Origin: Octopus sinensis | Lineage: Eukaryota | DNA length: 64,000 bases | Assembly (NCBI RefSeq): GCF_006345805.1 | Contig: NC_043012.1 | Coordinates: forward strand, 22,134,001 to 22,198,000 | Direction of reading: 5' to 3' | Shown: one piece after another, positions 51,914 to 64,000 of the stretch | Layout: every line of letters starts with the position of its first letter | How positions within the stretch are numbered: the first letter of the stretch is position 1 | Position numbers and translations under genes: made by a program | Notes under the pieces: model-generated | Database searches by the model: none | The model's input: only the letters and a program-made list of their open reading frames with translations | What the model was told of the DNA's origin: nothing

Positions 51914-52330
51914 GGCGCAGGAGTGGCTGTGTGGTAAGTAGCTTGCTTACCAACCACATGTTCCGGGTTCAGTCCCACTGCGTGGTACCTTGGGCAAGTG
52001 TCTTCTGCTATAGCCTCTGGCCGACCAAAGCCTTGTGAGTGGATTTGGTAGACGGAAACTGAAAGAAGCCCGTCGTATATATATGTATATATATATATAT
52101 ATATATGCGTGTGTGTGCTTGTGTGTCTGTGTTTTTCCCCTAGCATTGCTTGACAACCGATGCTGGTGTGTTTATGTCCCCGTCACTTACCGGTTCGGCA
52201 AAAGAGACCGATAGAATAAGTACTGGGCTTACAAAAGAATAAGTCAAGGGGTCGAGTTGCTCGATTAAAGGCGGTGCTCCAGCATGGCCGCAGTCAAATG
52301 ACTGAAACAAGTAAAAGAGTAAAAGAGAGT
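51914..52330 (+). mobile_element. SINE family B, full length
   Basis: tRNA-like head, internal (TA)(TG)n, GTAAAAGA tandem tail. Confidence 0.9.
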
Positions 52331-52468
52331 ACTGTCAGGGGTCATACTTGAAATGTAGATTTGTAAAGTTGTGCTACGGCTTATCGCTCCAGAGTAGTTT
52401 TATAAAATACTATAAGTCGCTGAGGAGAGGGGGTCCATAGACTAATTGTATAAATATGAAATACTTAC

Positions 52469-52581
52469 TGTTAGGATCGTACTTTACAGCATAGATACGT
52501 CCCAGTTGCTTCCTCACCAGAGACGACACGAATTTACCAGTTTCCTTTTCATCCTTCAGACCAGCCTTAAAGCACAGAATC
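52469..52581 (-). CDS. PAL: PAL internal exon
   Basis: TTCCACTAG / GTAAGT, phase 2 to 1; (R)ILCFKAGLKDEKETGKFVSSLVRKQLGRIYAVKYDPN, matching the region after DRENGR in PAM lyases. Confidence 0.88.
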
Positions 52582-52643
52582 CTAGTGGAAAGATGCATAG
52601 ATATATATATATTTAAAAAAGGAGATGTGGAACACGAGTTGTG

Positions 52644-52874
52644 ATATATAAAAAAGGAAATGAAGAAAATGCTGACAAAATAATTTAAGTAATTTAAGTA
52701 ATTTAATTAGGTGAAAGTTCTTTTTACCGGTTGCGCATTTGTTATGCTTATCAAAAGATTAGAGTTCCTTTCTGATAGATTTTTTCCTCTTATAAAAAAT
52801 CTATTAAGTAATTAAATTACTTAAATTACTTAAATTATTTTGTCAGCATTTTCTTCATTTCCTTTTATATATAT
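52644..52874. mobile_element. Fold-back, 66-bp arms, hammerhead relic in the spacer
   Basis: Arms 52644-52709 and 52809-52874; minus-strand UUGAUAA-GCAU(AACAA)AUGC-GCAACCGGUA. Confidence 0.7.
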
Positions 52875-53013
52875 ATATATATATTATATATATATATATA
52901 TTATATATAATTATATATATATATAATCATATATACCATATATATATATATACATATATAATATATATAATAAATACTATTTATATATTATAATATATAT
53001 ATATATATATATA

Positions 53014-53044
<31 letters not shown>

Positions 53045-53133
53045 TAATTTATATTATTATAACATATATATATATATATATATATAATATATATACTATA
53101 TATATATATAATATATATATACATATATATTAG

Positions 53134-53177
<44 letters not shown>

Positions 53178-53185
53178 TATACTAT

Positions 53186-53240
<55 letters not shown>

Positions 53241-53280
53241 TATATATTATATAAATATATATATATATATATATACATAT

Positions 53281-53311
<31 letters not shown>

Positions 53312-53374
53312 TATATATATATATATATATATAGATATATAATACATATATATATATATATACAATATATATAT

Positions 53375-53406
<32 letters not shown>

Positions 53407-53420
53407 ATATCTATAATATA
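52875..53420. repeat. ~550-bp interrupted (AT)n tract
   Basis: Direct read. Confidence 0.95.
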
Positions 53421-53776
53421 ATATATAATACAAAAAATGAGGAGGGAGAAGAACGCAAAACATCCGGGCAGTTAGAAGATACAAGATGAGACAACAAAAC
53501 ATCCAGTAGACTATACATAGAAACCAAGGAGAGGTCATTCGAAGTTTACGTGACGGAAACTACACACCCTTTTGTGGCAGTTTATACGAAATTGCTTTCT
53601 TATATCAGAGTAATAAGGCGTTTCAACAGAACATCTTTACACCCCACCCGGAAATTAACCGGGTACACCAGATAGTATATATATGTATATATATATATAG
53701 TCGATGATACATAGATATAATTGAATATTTTAGAAGTATACACACATAGTGATATACATATGATATACATATATAT

Positions 53777-53807
<31 letters not shown>

Positions 53808-53926
53808 ATATATATATATGTATGTTTGTGAACTAAGTCCCTATATTCTTGTGTGTGTGTGTATATATATATATATGCATGCATGCATGTATGTATGTAT
53901 GTATTATGTAGTATATATATATATTA

Positions 53927-53973
<47 letters not shown>

Positions 53974-54153
53974 TATTAGAGACAAAACCACTATTTTGCA
54001 AAAAACAAAACAAGGAAAGACTTAATCAATACATAAAATTTTAATAAATAGTCAAAAAAAAACCGCCACTACAATTGTTACTTGTCTTGATCGACAATCT
54101 TCAGGGGACTTCCAATAAGTCAGTTTCAAATTATGAAGTATACACACATAGTG

Positions 54154-54197
<44 letters not shown>

Positions 54198-54249
54198 ACA
54201 AGTAAAAAAATAGAAAATGTAGAAAATGCTAAAATAATTTTATAGTGAA

Positions 54250-54297
54250 CATTTCAGTACCGGTTTCGGTCATTTTGAGACCTTTTCAACTGTAACG
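54250..54297 (-). ncRNA. Hammerhead-like motif, U3:A8 variant, in an inverted PLE 3' end
   Basis: CAG-UUGAAAA-GGUC(UCAAAAU)GACC-GAAACCGGUA-CUG. Confidence 0.7.
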
Positions 54298-54459
54298 ATT
54301 AAATAATTAATTTAGAAAAATTAGAAGAAAAGGTTTTTGGAAAAGAATATTTCTATAGTAGTGTTCAGATTTAAGTGGCATTCTGCCTTTCTCTGACTCC
54401 CTTGTTTGCACTTGTGTGTTCGAGGTAGTTGTGGTAGTGTGAGTTCTTGGTAGGGTAGT

Positions 54460-54850
54460 AGTAGATGGGACTGCGATGGGTACACGAATGGCCCCCTCCT
54501 TTGCCAACCTAGTCATAGGATACCTAGAGATCAGTCTGTATCGTAAGGTTCTAGAATCTAGAAAGATAGGCAGCCCTTTCTCCATCTACATAGAAAAACA
54601 ACTGGAAGAGATATCTAGATGACTGTTCATCCTTTGGCATAAAAATATAGAAAAACTCATAGATTCCAGAAAATTTTAACGGACTGGACGTAAAACATCA
54701 AATCACGATGGAATATAGCCAACAACAACTCCTCTTCCTCGATATCCTCATTAAGAAAGCTAATAATATAATAGAAACAGACATATACTATAAGCCTACA
54801 GACTCTAAGCAATATCTTCCATTTTAATTCATGCCACCCCAGACACACCA
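54460..54850 (+). pseudogene. Penelope-like element RT fragment
   Basis: DGTAMGTRMAPSFANL, WKRYLDD, TDIYYKPTDSKQYL, SCHPRHT; frameshifts; runs into the gap. Confidence 0.9.
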
Positions 54851-54950
54851 NNNNNNNNNNNNNNNNNNNNNNNNNNNNNNNNNNNNNNNNNNNNNNNNNN
54901 NNNNNNNNNNNNNNNNNNNNNNNNNNNNNNNNNNNNNNNNNNNNNNNNNN
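54851..54950. other. Assembly gap (100 N)
   Basis: Direct read. Confidence 1.
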
Positions 54951-57234
54951 TGCATTACCTCCTCAGCAGGTATATTTACTGTCCGTTATGTGTATGTGAG
55001 CAAGACCATTTTTTAAAATGTATTTTCTGTAATTTTTCCCGTATTACGAAAGCCCTTGCCATTAAAGAGAGAATCTCTGCCTTTATTTGAACAAGCAAAA
55101 AACTTCCATTCTGGTTATCTCTATTCCAGGCTTTCCTTTTTGGATGATTCTTCCGTTTCCTTTTACCGATACGCTGCCTTCTGCTGCGATTGATCTCTCG
55201 ATATAGACCTCTTTCACAATAACCCGCTGACTTTTTTACCAAATATTCTTTATCGATAATATCTCGTTGATTCTCCTTATTCTTGCTGTATGCATGGATT
55301 GGTATATCTCAGAGTATTGTCCTTCTCTCATACCCTTTGGGGTATGTGTTTGCAAAAACCCTTTTTGTTCTGTTGGCATTTCATTACTGCATCAAGCCAG
55401 CCATTTTCGCTACCCACTATTCCTGGGAGAGCACAGTTCTCAAACCCCTTCTCTACAAAGTCCTACCGGAAGCACCCGGCATTACAATTTCCGGCTGGAT
55501 TCATAAGCTTGACCAACTGAGACTATGGATATCATCCAACCATTTCGTTCTTGGTCTACTTCTAGCTCTTCTGCCGGTTGGTTTATATATGGCTGAGCGA
55601 AGACGTTCAGGATTCATTCCATGTCAGAGAGAAAGGGAACCGATATGAAGAAAGAATATGGACGTTAACTATTGAGCTGATTATCTGCTACAACAACATG
55701 AGAGAGAGAGCGAGGCGAAATTTGATGAACGATTAACAGCTGGAAAATATAAGGAAGAACTTCGAAGTAAGAATGGAGTACATGGGGTGGGGGAGAACAT
55801 GAAGAAAGAGCAGTAGCTTAATTTCAGAAATACTCAAACAAGACAATGCCAAGGTCGATCTGTTGCACTTTATGGTACAACACCTGAATGAACAAGTTGC
55901 AATTAAGCCTACAACATCGAAGAAATAGAAAAAAATCTTGTCAATATCGTGATATTTTGAGATTCAGGAATGAGCGGTAAGGTGCAACAGCTCTGCAATT
56001 TTATCCTGATGTAGTTTTATCCTTATGAACTATGACTACTCTTTAATGCGAATAATGAGGACACTTATATTTCCAGGAAAAAGTATACTTGCAGAGTTTC
56101 TGTTGTTTCATTTGCTACAAAATTTTGTAAGCACCCCTGACAAAAAGTTACCCTTATTATTTTAGATCTCAAGGACACAGTTACTATTCTACTTTTACAT
56201 AGTTCCCGGAAAATGTCCACCCAACATAATAACTTTGCATTGACGGTGTTAATGAATCTTTACAAAACCAATTTACAAAATCTAGAATGTTTCTCTCGTG
56301 TGACAAATCCAATACATGTAGAGTACGAAGCCCACCTTACATAATTATTGAATGATTTAAAAGTCCATGTTTTTTCGAATCTTGGGTTAGGCACGCCCAC
56401 ATAACAGAATTTTGGAAACGCGGTCTTCCTCGTTGCCAATCGTTAGTTAATCTTTGGGATGAGAATAAAATAAGAATTCGAAATTATTATTAAAGATTAA
56501 TTTCAGCAGAAATTCTGAATGAAAACGAATAGGGAACTAAGTGCATTAACTCGCGCAGAGATCTTTTATACACAGATCTTGTCGAGAGGATAATCGCTCA
56601 TTTGATCGCATGGAAAATGGATCATCCTCGCCAAAAGTGGTTCCCTCAAAGCTCCCAAGAATAAACGATTTATTGTTTGTTTCTTGTTCTATTTTGCTTT
56701 TCAAGTTCAGCGGTTATCCGAAATATCTTTGGCGTGATAGCAGAGTTAGAATATTGATTCCGCACCATTTCATTGATAATCGCTATATGAAGTCGTATAA
56801 CACATTTCTATTTTAAAATGACCGTGCTTATAGTAATCTTGACATAAGTTAATCTGACAAAAGTATCAAATATATTTTTAAATATATTTGACAGAGGACG
56901 ATTGTACTGCAAGAAAAGTAACCAGGAACGTTACCAGCGTTCCGATTATCAATGCACCGGCTGCTAATGACAACTTCAAAGGAGAAATGAATCTATAAGA
57001 CAAGTCTTCTCTTACCTGTAGATATGTTTCAACAACTTGAAGTCATTTATGAGGATCACAAAAAATGATACATTATACAGCCTACACATTTGAGAGGTTA
57101 GCCATCCACTATCCAGGTCAGCACCGACTGTAGTTTTTCAGGAAGGTGAAGCTCAACGCGACTGGGATACTATTTTGACTACAGTTAAGGAATCCTTATG
57201 AACAGTTGAGAAAAAGTCACAATATCATCACAGA

Positions 57235-57634
57235 CGCAGGAGTGGCTGTGTGGTAAGTAGCTTGCTAACCAATCACATGGTTCCAGGTTCAGTCCCACTG
57301 CGTGGCATCTTCTGCTATAGCCCCGGGCCGACCAATGCCTTGTGAGTGGATTTGGTAGACGGAAACTGAAAGAAGCCTGTCGTATATATGTATATATATA
57401 TATATGTGTGTGTGTGTTTGTGTGTCTGTGTTTGTCCCCCTAGCATTGCTTGACAACCGATGCTGGTGTGTTTACCTCCCCGTCACTTAACGGTTCGGCA
57501 AAAAAGAGAACGATAGAATAAGTACTGGGCTTACAAAGAACAAGTCCCGGGGTCGATTTGCTCGACTAAAGGCGGTGCTCCAGCATGGCCGCAGTCAAAT
57601 GACTGAAACAAGTAAAAGAGTAAAAGAGTAAAGA
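57235..57634 (+). mobile_element. SINE family B
   Basis: Consensus match with a GTAAAAGA tail. Confidence 0.9.
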
Positions 57635-59622
57635 AAGGCGCAAGCACAGATGCGTAAGTGACAAAGCTCACCACCTTTCTGGTTCGGTTCCACTGACTGA
57701 AGCATGTAGATGACAAAATGCTAGCCGCGTGCATACATCTAGCACAAAAGATCCAGAAAACTTTTCAAATTCTCATATTGTTGTTTCATTGTTTCTAAAA
57801 CAAAAATCTGAATGACCTGAATCTTGGTAAAAGAGAAATTATGCCACGATTCACAACTGCTTGCATTCATCTTTGTTAGAAAATTAGAAACCCCTTCAAA
57901 ATACGATGATAGCAGCTTCTAGCTTCAGGATACCGGATTATCTTAGAATAATACTTGCATTACGATCCAATAAATGCAATGCGCCTATGAAACAGATTTA
58001 AACATGCGATGCCCGCAGCCATTTTTGTAAACAAATATCGAACTGTTATTATTATTATTTTTTTCTTGAGCCCTAGGACTCAAAAAGCCAGTTGCCTGGT
58101 TTCCATGATATAGAACTGATCGAGATCATATTCTTCTGAACGGAACATCGGTCCGTTGCAAGGTCCAATGCCAGTAATTTTGAAGGGAGGGGTAAGTCGA
58201 TTATATCAACCCCGGTGCTTGACTGATGATTTATTTTTATCGACTTCGAAGGAATGAAAGGCAAAAACTTGGCATCAGCAGGGTTTGAACGCAGAACGTA
58301 AAAACCCGAAAATATGCTACTAAGAATTCTGTTTGGCGTACCAACGATTCTGCAAGTTTGCCGAAAAAATCAAATTAAGAGAGGCTGAAAATATGACCTT
58401 CACCTGAAAAGAATTTTATAAACTTTCGAGTGAACGCGAAATAATTCTTTTTTAGAAATAGTATATCTTGAAGCACACACATTAAGCTATAAAAAATAAT
58501 CCGTGAATACTGGGTTAAAAAGACCCTTCGAATTTTTCTACCCCAAAGGGAGTTTTAATCCACTGGTTCATAGCTAAATGAAGTTCTGACTGGAAATAGA
58601 ATTGGTTCGCTAGAACTTCCAAGATATGTTTAACAGAAAATCAACGAATAAAAAATCCTTCATCTTAATGTTGATTCTCTCCACCCAACAAGGATTCATA
58701 ATGGATAAGTTAATAATTCCATCGTACTAAAGTAATTCGTTGTGACAAATTGTGTGTATGTGTGTGTACATGCACATATATACACATACATACACATACG
58801 TGTATGCGTATTTATGTATGTATAGGGTACTTCTCACAGAGTTCGAATCTCTATACCAGCTGCTGGCTATTTTTTTCGTCTGTAGTGGTATTTTACCCAA
58901 TTTTCTAAACCCGTTTTCACAGCTACTCTCCTGCGTTCAAAAATTTTCCTAAATTGTGTGTGTTACGACATTTCTTCGGTTTTTTGCGTTCTGAATTCAA
59001 TTGTCACAGAGGTCAACTTCTTTGCCTTTCATCCTTTCGGGGTAATAATAAAGTGCTAACCAAGTAGGTACTCGAGGTCTCTGCTCTTCAAAATTGCAGG
59101 TTTTGTGCCAAAATTAGGAAGAATTATTTAGATGCCTACAAATATAACGACGATAGGAAATAAATCCCATCGAAGTTTAAACATTATGCTAACAACATTC
59201 TATATATCTCACTTAATGTGGACATAATTGTAGAAAACCAGAAAACTGTGGTATTAATCTCGAGAAATCATCTTGTTCAGACACTAAAACTCATAGAAAC
59301 ATACCAGTAGCAGACCAGAAGTGTTTGGCAGTTTGATATACTTTAGGGCTTTTTATCACCCTACGGCTATACGAGTACCGCAGATTTTTTGGCGCTATCC
59401 ATGTTAAATAAGATATATACAGGGTAATATTTTGAACCAAAACTGCTTCTATCGCCGGTAACAAGTTGTGTCGATGATAAATATTGTAAATATATTCTCT
59501 AAACATAAGGTTATTAACCTGGAAAATTTTAATCGTGATTTTATAGTAGGTCTATATTATAAAATAGTTTTATTTCGAAAGTGTTTTAATGCAATGTCAG
59601 TTATATAGAAGGAAATCTAATA

Positions 59623-59999
59623 GGCGCAGGATTGACTGTGTGGTAAGTAGCTTGCTAACCAACCACATGGTTCCGGGTTCAATCCCACTGCGTGGCATCT
59701 TGGGCAAGTGTCTTCTGCTATAGCCCCGGGCCGACCAATGCCTTGTGAGTGGATTTGGTAAACGGAAACTGAAAGAAGCCTGTCGTATATATGTGTATAT
59801 ATATGTGTATGTGTGTGTATGTGTTTGTGTCTGTTTGTCTCCCTAGCATTGCTTGACAACCGATGCTGGTGTGTTTACGTCCCCGTCTCTTAGCGGCTCG
59901 GCAAAAGAGACCGATAGAAAAAGTACTGAGCTTACAAAAATAAGTCCCGGGGTCGATTTGCTCGACTAAAGGCGAAACAAGTAAAAGAGTAAAAAGAGT
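59623..59999 (+). mobile_element. SINE family B
   Basis: Consensus match. Confidence 0.9.
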
Positions 60000-60122
60000 A
60001 GCTGTGCGTGTGTATACATACATACATGTGTGTGTGTGTAGGCTAGAGACAAGTGTTCTCTATACACTTCGAAGCGCTCAAGAGATTTGAACTTGAACCG
60101 GTAGGTGAGTGGATGTAATGCG

Positions 60123-60498
60123 AAGCAAGTTAGGCAAGTCGATTTACGCAGAATATTAAATACAGAATATAAATGATACCAGGAGTTAAATGGGGAAAAG
60201 TTTTATGAGTCCAACAGCTGTGTCCGGCGGGGCTTGGTGCTCCCTGTCAACACCTCAAATGTAAAATTCTCCCCTGAAGACGGAGGCGGTGTTATCCGAT
60301 AATAGATCCAAGTAACTATCATTATTCCGAGACCACCAAGCCCCCAGAAACAGCTGTCGGACTCGTAAAACTCTACCCATTTAACTCCTGATATCATTTA
60401 TATTCTCTAAGTCGGACTATTTTATATCCATACGCATCTACATTTTCTCTGTTAAATGTATTTAATATTCTGTGTGAATCGACTTGCCTAACTTGCTT
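60123..60498. mobile_element. Fold-back element with a hammerhead relic in the spacer
   Basis: Arms ~60123-60240 and ~60333-60498; spacer CTGAAGACGGA...TCCA. Confidence 0.7.
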
Positions 60499-60530
60499 GT
60501 CTTAACACTTACACAAACACACATACACAC

Positions 60531-60590
<60 letters not shown>

Positions 60591-61143
60591 TAATAAATAA
60601 AATAAAACATGCATATATATAAACATATATGTACGTACCTACCTCTACATGTACATATACACGCATATATGAGTACAGGACACCAAAAGGACGTCGAACA
60701 CAATTAGAAACGAAAACATAGACACAAACCAAAGGAACTGGACATTTTTTTAAAACAACAAAAAAATAGAGTACAGGACAATTAACACAAAGAAAAAAAC
60801 CCTTCTTCAGTCGCTATGGTTTCATCTACTCTACGTTTCGAAGGATATATATATATATTGAGAAAGACTCTGTGACCCAATCTTTTAACTGTTGACTTTG
60901 TGTCTCGACCACGATGAAGATATTTAATTCGTCACAGCTCCATGCACCTAAAGCAATATTTAGTCACGTTATGGTTTAATAGTTCTCAACTATGTACTCA
61001 ACTGTACTCAACTATGTTCTTCACGCAGAAGGCGTCTCTGGTAAATTAGCTAATGTTATGTTTTTTAGATCGCTTACTCAGAATTATTTTCATATCGAAA
61101 CATATCTTCTCAGTCATTTTGTAGTCTTTATGGATATATCATG

Positions 61144-61184
61144 CTTCACTGAGGAGTACTAATAAGACCGAAACATGTACGAAG
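61144..61184 (+). ncRNA. Degenerate hammerhead-like motif
   Basis: CUUCA-CUGAGGA-...-GAAACAUGUA-CGAAG; helices I and II mismatched. Confidence 0.45.
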
Positions 61185-61789
61185 TTATCACCATCGTTGC
61201 TAAAGCCCAGAGTTACGCCTTCACTCTTTGTTGCATTTCACTTTTGCTCAAATAAATTTCAGTTCTCTCCCTTGCTCTGTTTGAAATTAAGTTCCTTTAA
61301 CACTAATGACTTTACTTGACATAAAGTTTGTAATTTCAGTTGATTAAAAAGTTATAATTTTCACCTCATTAAGTATGGTAGTCCATACTTAACTAAAAAT
61401 TATCAGCTTTTCGCAAACTCGAATTGATTGCTGTTATTTCGTTATAATCGAGCAGATTTACTATCACATCTTTCTGCCTATGCCTGGCTACACTGGCCAA
61501 TCGGTCTGTTTCTTGTTGAAGACGACTGAGTGTGATTTGAGTAAATGGTTGCGGTTGATTTTTAGCCAACTGCAATCTCTTACTCAAAATCAAAGAGGAT
61601 TCGATAGTAGGATGATTGTCATTGCTATTTCAAACCAATTCAACGACCGTGTAGAGCAGTCATGAGCAAACTGCGGCCCTCAGGAATTTTTTCCTGTAAT
61701 ATGGCATGTCTTTTGATGTATCGTGTCTCGTGCGACCCATCTTATGATGAGCCCTGACTCATGCGACCCGTTGTATGATGAGCCATGTC

Positions 61790-62808
61790 TGTCTATTTCT
61801 CTCTCTCTATCCATCCATCCAGCTAGCTAGCCGTCTATCTGTCTGTCTGTCTATTGTAGTTAAGGGTTGAACGTCTGAGAGTGTGTGTGTGTATGTGTGT
61901 GTGGTTGCTTTGCAAATATATGCTTGTATATGAGTCATATCTCATGCGGCCCGCTTCACAAAAAACGTACCCATGACTAGAATTAAGGTTCACCCTTTAC
62001 TCTTCGTCGATCAGCTTTCAACGGACAATATGGCCCCTATCAGGAGCGACTCCGGGTTCTTAAGCCAGAATATATAATTTCAAAAACCAGAGTTTTATAA
62101 ATAACAGAAGCGGGTTAAGCGTAACGGGTATGTGCCCTCTATGTAGGATCTCTCACAAAAATCCTCTCCTTTTTTGCTATAAGGCACAAGGTCTGGAATT
62201 TGTGGGAAGAGGCTAGTCCTCAACTGGTATCTACTTCATCGACCCGGAAAGGATGAAAAGCAAAGTCGAGGTCGGCAGGATTTGAACTCAGAACATAAAG
62301 ACGGACGAAATACCCGCCAAACATATTTCATAATTATTTTTAGATATTAGGCGCAGGAGTGGCTGTGTGGTAAGTAGCTTGCTAACCAACCACATGGTTC
62401 CGGGTTCAGTCCCACTGCGTGGCATCTTGGGCAAGTGTCTTCTGCTATTGCCTCGGACCGACCAAAGCCTTGTGAGTGGATTTGGTAGACGGAAACTGAA
62501 AGAAGCCTGTCGTATATATGTATATGTATGTGTATGTATATGTTTGTGTGTCTGTGTTTGTCCCTCTAGCATTGCTTGACAACCGATGCTGGTGTGTTTA
62601 CGTCCCCGTCACTTAGCGGTTCGGCAAAAGGGACCGATAGAATAAGTACTGGGCTTACAAAAGAATAAATCCCAGGGTCGAGTTGCTCGATTAAAGGCAG
62701 TGCTCCAGCATGGCCGCAGTCAAATGACTGAAACAAGTAAAAGAGTAAAAGAGTAAAAGAGTAAAAGAGTACACACCTTGTATTAAATACGGGGAGACGG
62801 ATCATAAG

Positions 62809-62847
<39 letters not shown>

Positions 62848-63118
62848 CGTGCTTCTTTGTGTTTGTATGTGTCTGTATGTTTATGGAGTTTGTTTGTGTG
62901 TGGGCGTATGTTTGTGTATGGGAGTATTGGTGTGTTTTTGTTTCTGTGTCTGTGTGTGCGTGTGTGCAATTTCGCCGACGTGATGCGAAGCAGTGTCCCC
63001 CCCCCCACCTCATAGCTGATTTCTCGAAACCCCTATCGATTCGCCCGACTGCAGTTCTCTCTGTACGCTCACTCGCACACATTCATATATGCGACTGCAC
63101 ATACATAAGAAACGCTCT

Positions 63119-63178
<60 letters not shown>

Positions 63179-63449
63179 CACACACACACACACACTCACG
63201 TTCGTGCACGTAAATGCATGCAGGCTCGCGAACAAATACACATACACGGTGAGGCTCGTGTAAGCGAGCGAACACGTATGCACGAGCGCGCACGCATGTA
63301 TTTGCAAAGCAACCACACACACACATATACACAGACACACACACATATACATTCACAGACGTTCAACCCTTAACTACAATATTAGACAGACAGATAGACA
63401 GACATACGGCTGGCTAGCTAGATGGATGGATGGACGGATAGAGAGAGAA

Positions 63450-63457
<8 letters not shown>
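61790..63457. repeat. Inverted duplication, ~135-165-bp arms (61790-61923; 63294-63457)
   Basis: Shared unique core CAGACGTTCAACCCTTAACTACAAT and TTTGCAAAGCAACC in opposite orientation. Confidence 0.85.
62350..62770 (+). mobile_element. SINE family B, full length
   Basis: Consensus match; (GTAAAAGA)x4 tail. Confidence 0.9.
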
Positions 63458-63535
<78 letters not shown>

Positions 63536-63603
63536 GGGAGAGAGAGAGAGAGAAATAGATGGATAGATAGATAAATGGAGAGAGAGAGAGATGGATGGAT
63601 TGG

Positions 63604-63672
<69 letters not shown>

Positions 63673-63709
63673 GAGATAGATAGATAGATAGACAGGTACA
63701 GAGAGAGAA

Positions 63710-63781
<72 letters not shown>

Positions 63782-63898
63782 GCATACTTATATATATATA
63801 TATACAGACAGCCAAGCTGTGTTTGTAAAAACACAGACTTACAAGTTAAGCCGGCGGCTGTTGAAATGGGTAACAAGTTGCTGAATCATCAATATCAG

Positions 63899-63957
<59 letters not shown>

Positions 63958-63960
63958 GTA
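63450..63960. repeat. (GATA)n and (CAT)n microsatellites
   Basis: Direct read. Confidence 0.95.
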
Positions 63961-64000
63961 ACAGCGGCAGTCGCGGCCTCACCATCATCATCACCACCAC

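Noticed and set aside
54976-55648. ORFs after the gap
   Set aside because: Probably a decayed PLE GIY-YIG/3' region; no recognisable host protein
55700-58140. Coding-like decayed stretches and donor-like sites as upstream PAL exons
   Set aside because: No DGY, HS or DRENxR PAL motifs found; multiple stops; family unassignable
61393-61593. 66-aa minus-strand ORF
   Set aside because: No similarity to PAL or any family I recognise

Overview
Eukaryotic, AT-rich window that is very dense in microsatellites and SINEs. It is probably an octopus or other coleoid cephalopod; this is inferred from the repeat style, not proven. There is a 100-N gap at 54851-54950. I find two minus-strand genes: (1) the last three coding exons of a peptidyl-alpha-hydroxyglycine alpha-amidating lyase (PAL; 52581-47385), with upstream exons not found; (2) a hand-spliced 9-exon, ~628-aa protein I cannot identify (26837-13727). 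Mobile DNA includes a nearly intact L1/Tx1-type LINE with one frameshift, Tc1/mariner, Penelope-like (PLE), RTE and Helitron-like relics, and many tRNA-derived SINEs. Most striking is a set of palindromic (fold-back) insertions carrying minimal type I hammerhead ribozyme motifs. These include a tRNA-headed palindrome present at two loci, and cores with compensatory G3:C8 and U3:A8 pairs. There are also three local inverted duplications with arms 1.4-2.3 kb apart, one of which brackets the last PAL exons. All folds, splices and coordinates were read by eye and need computational confirmation.
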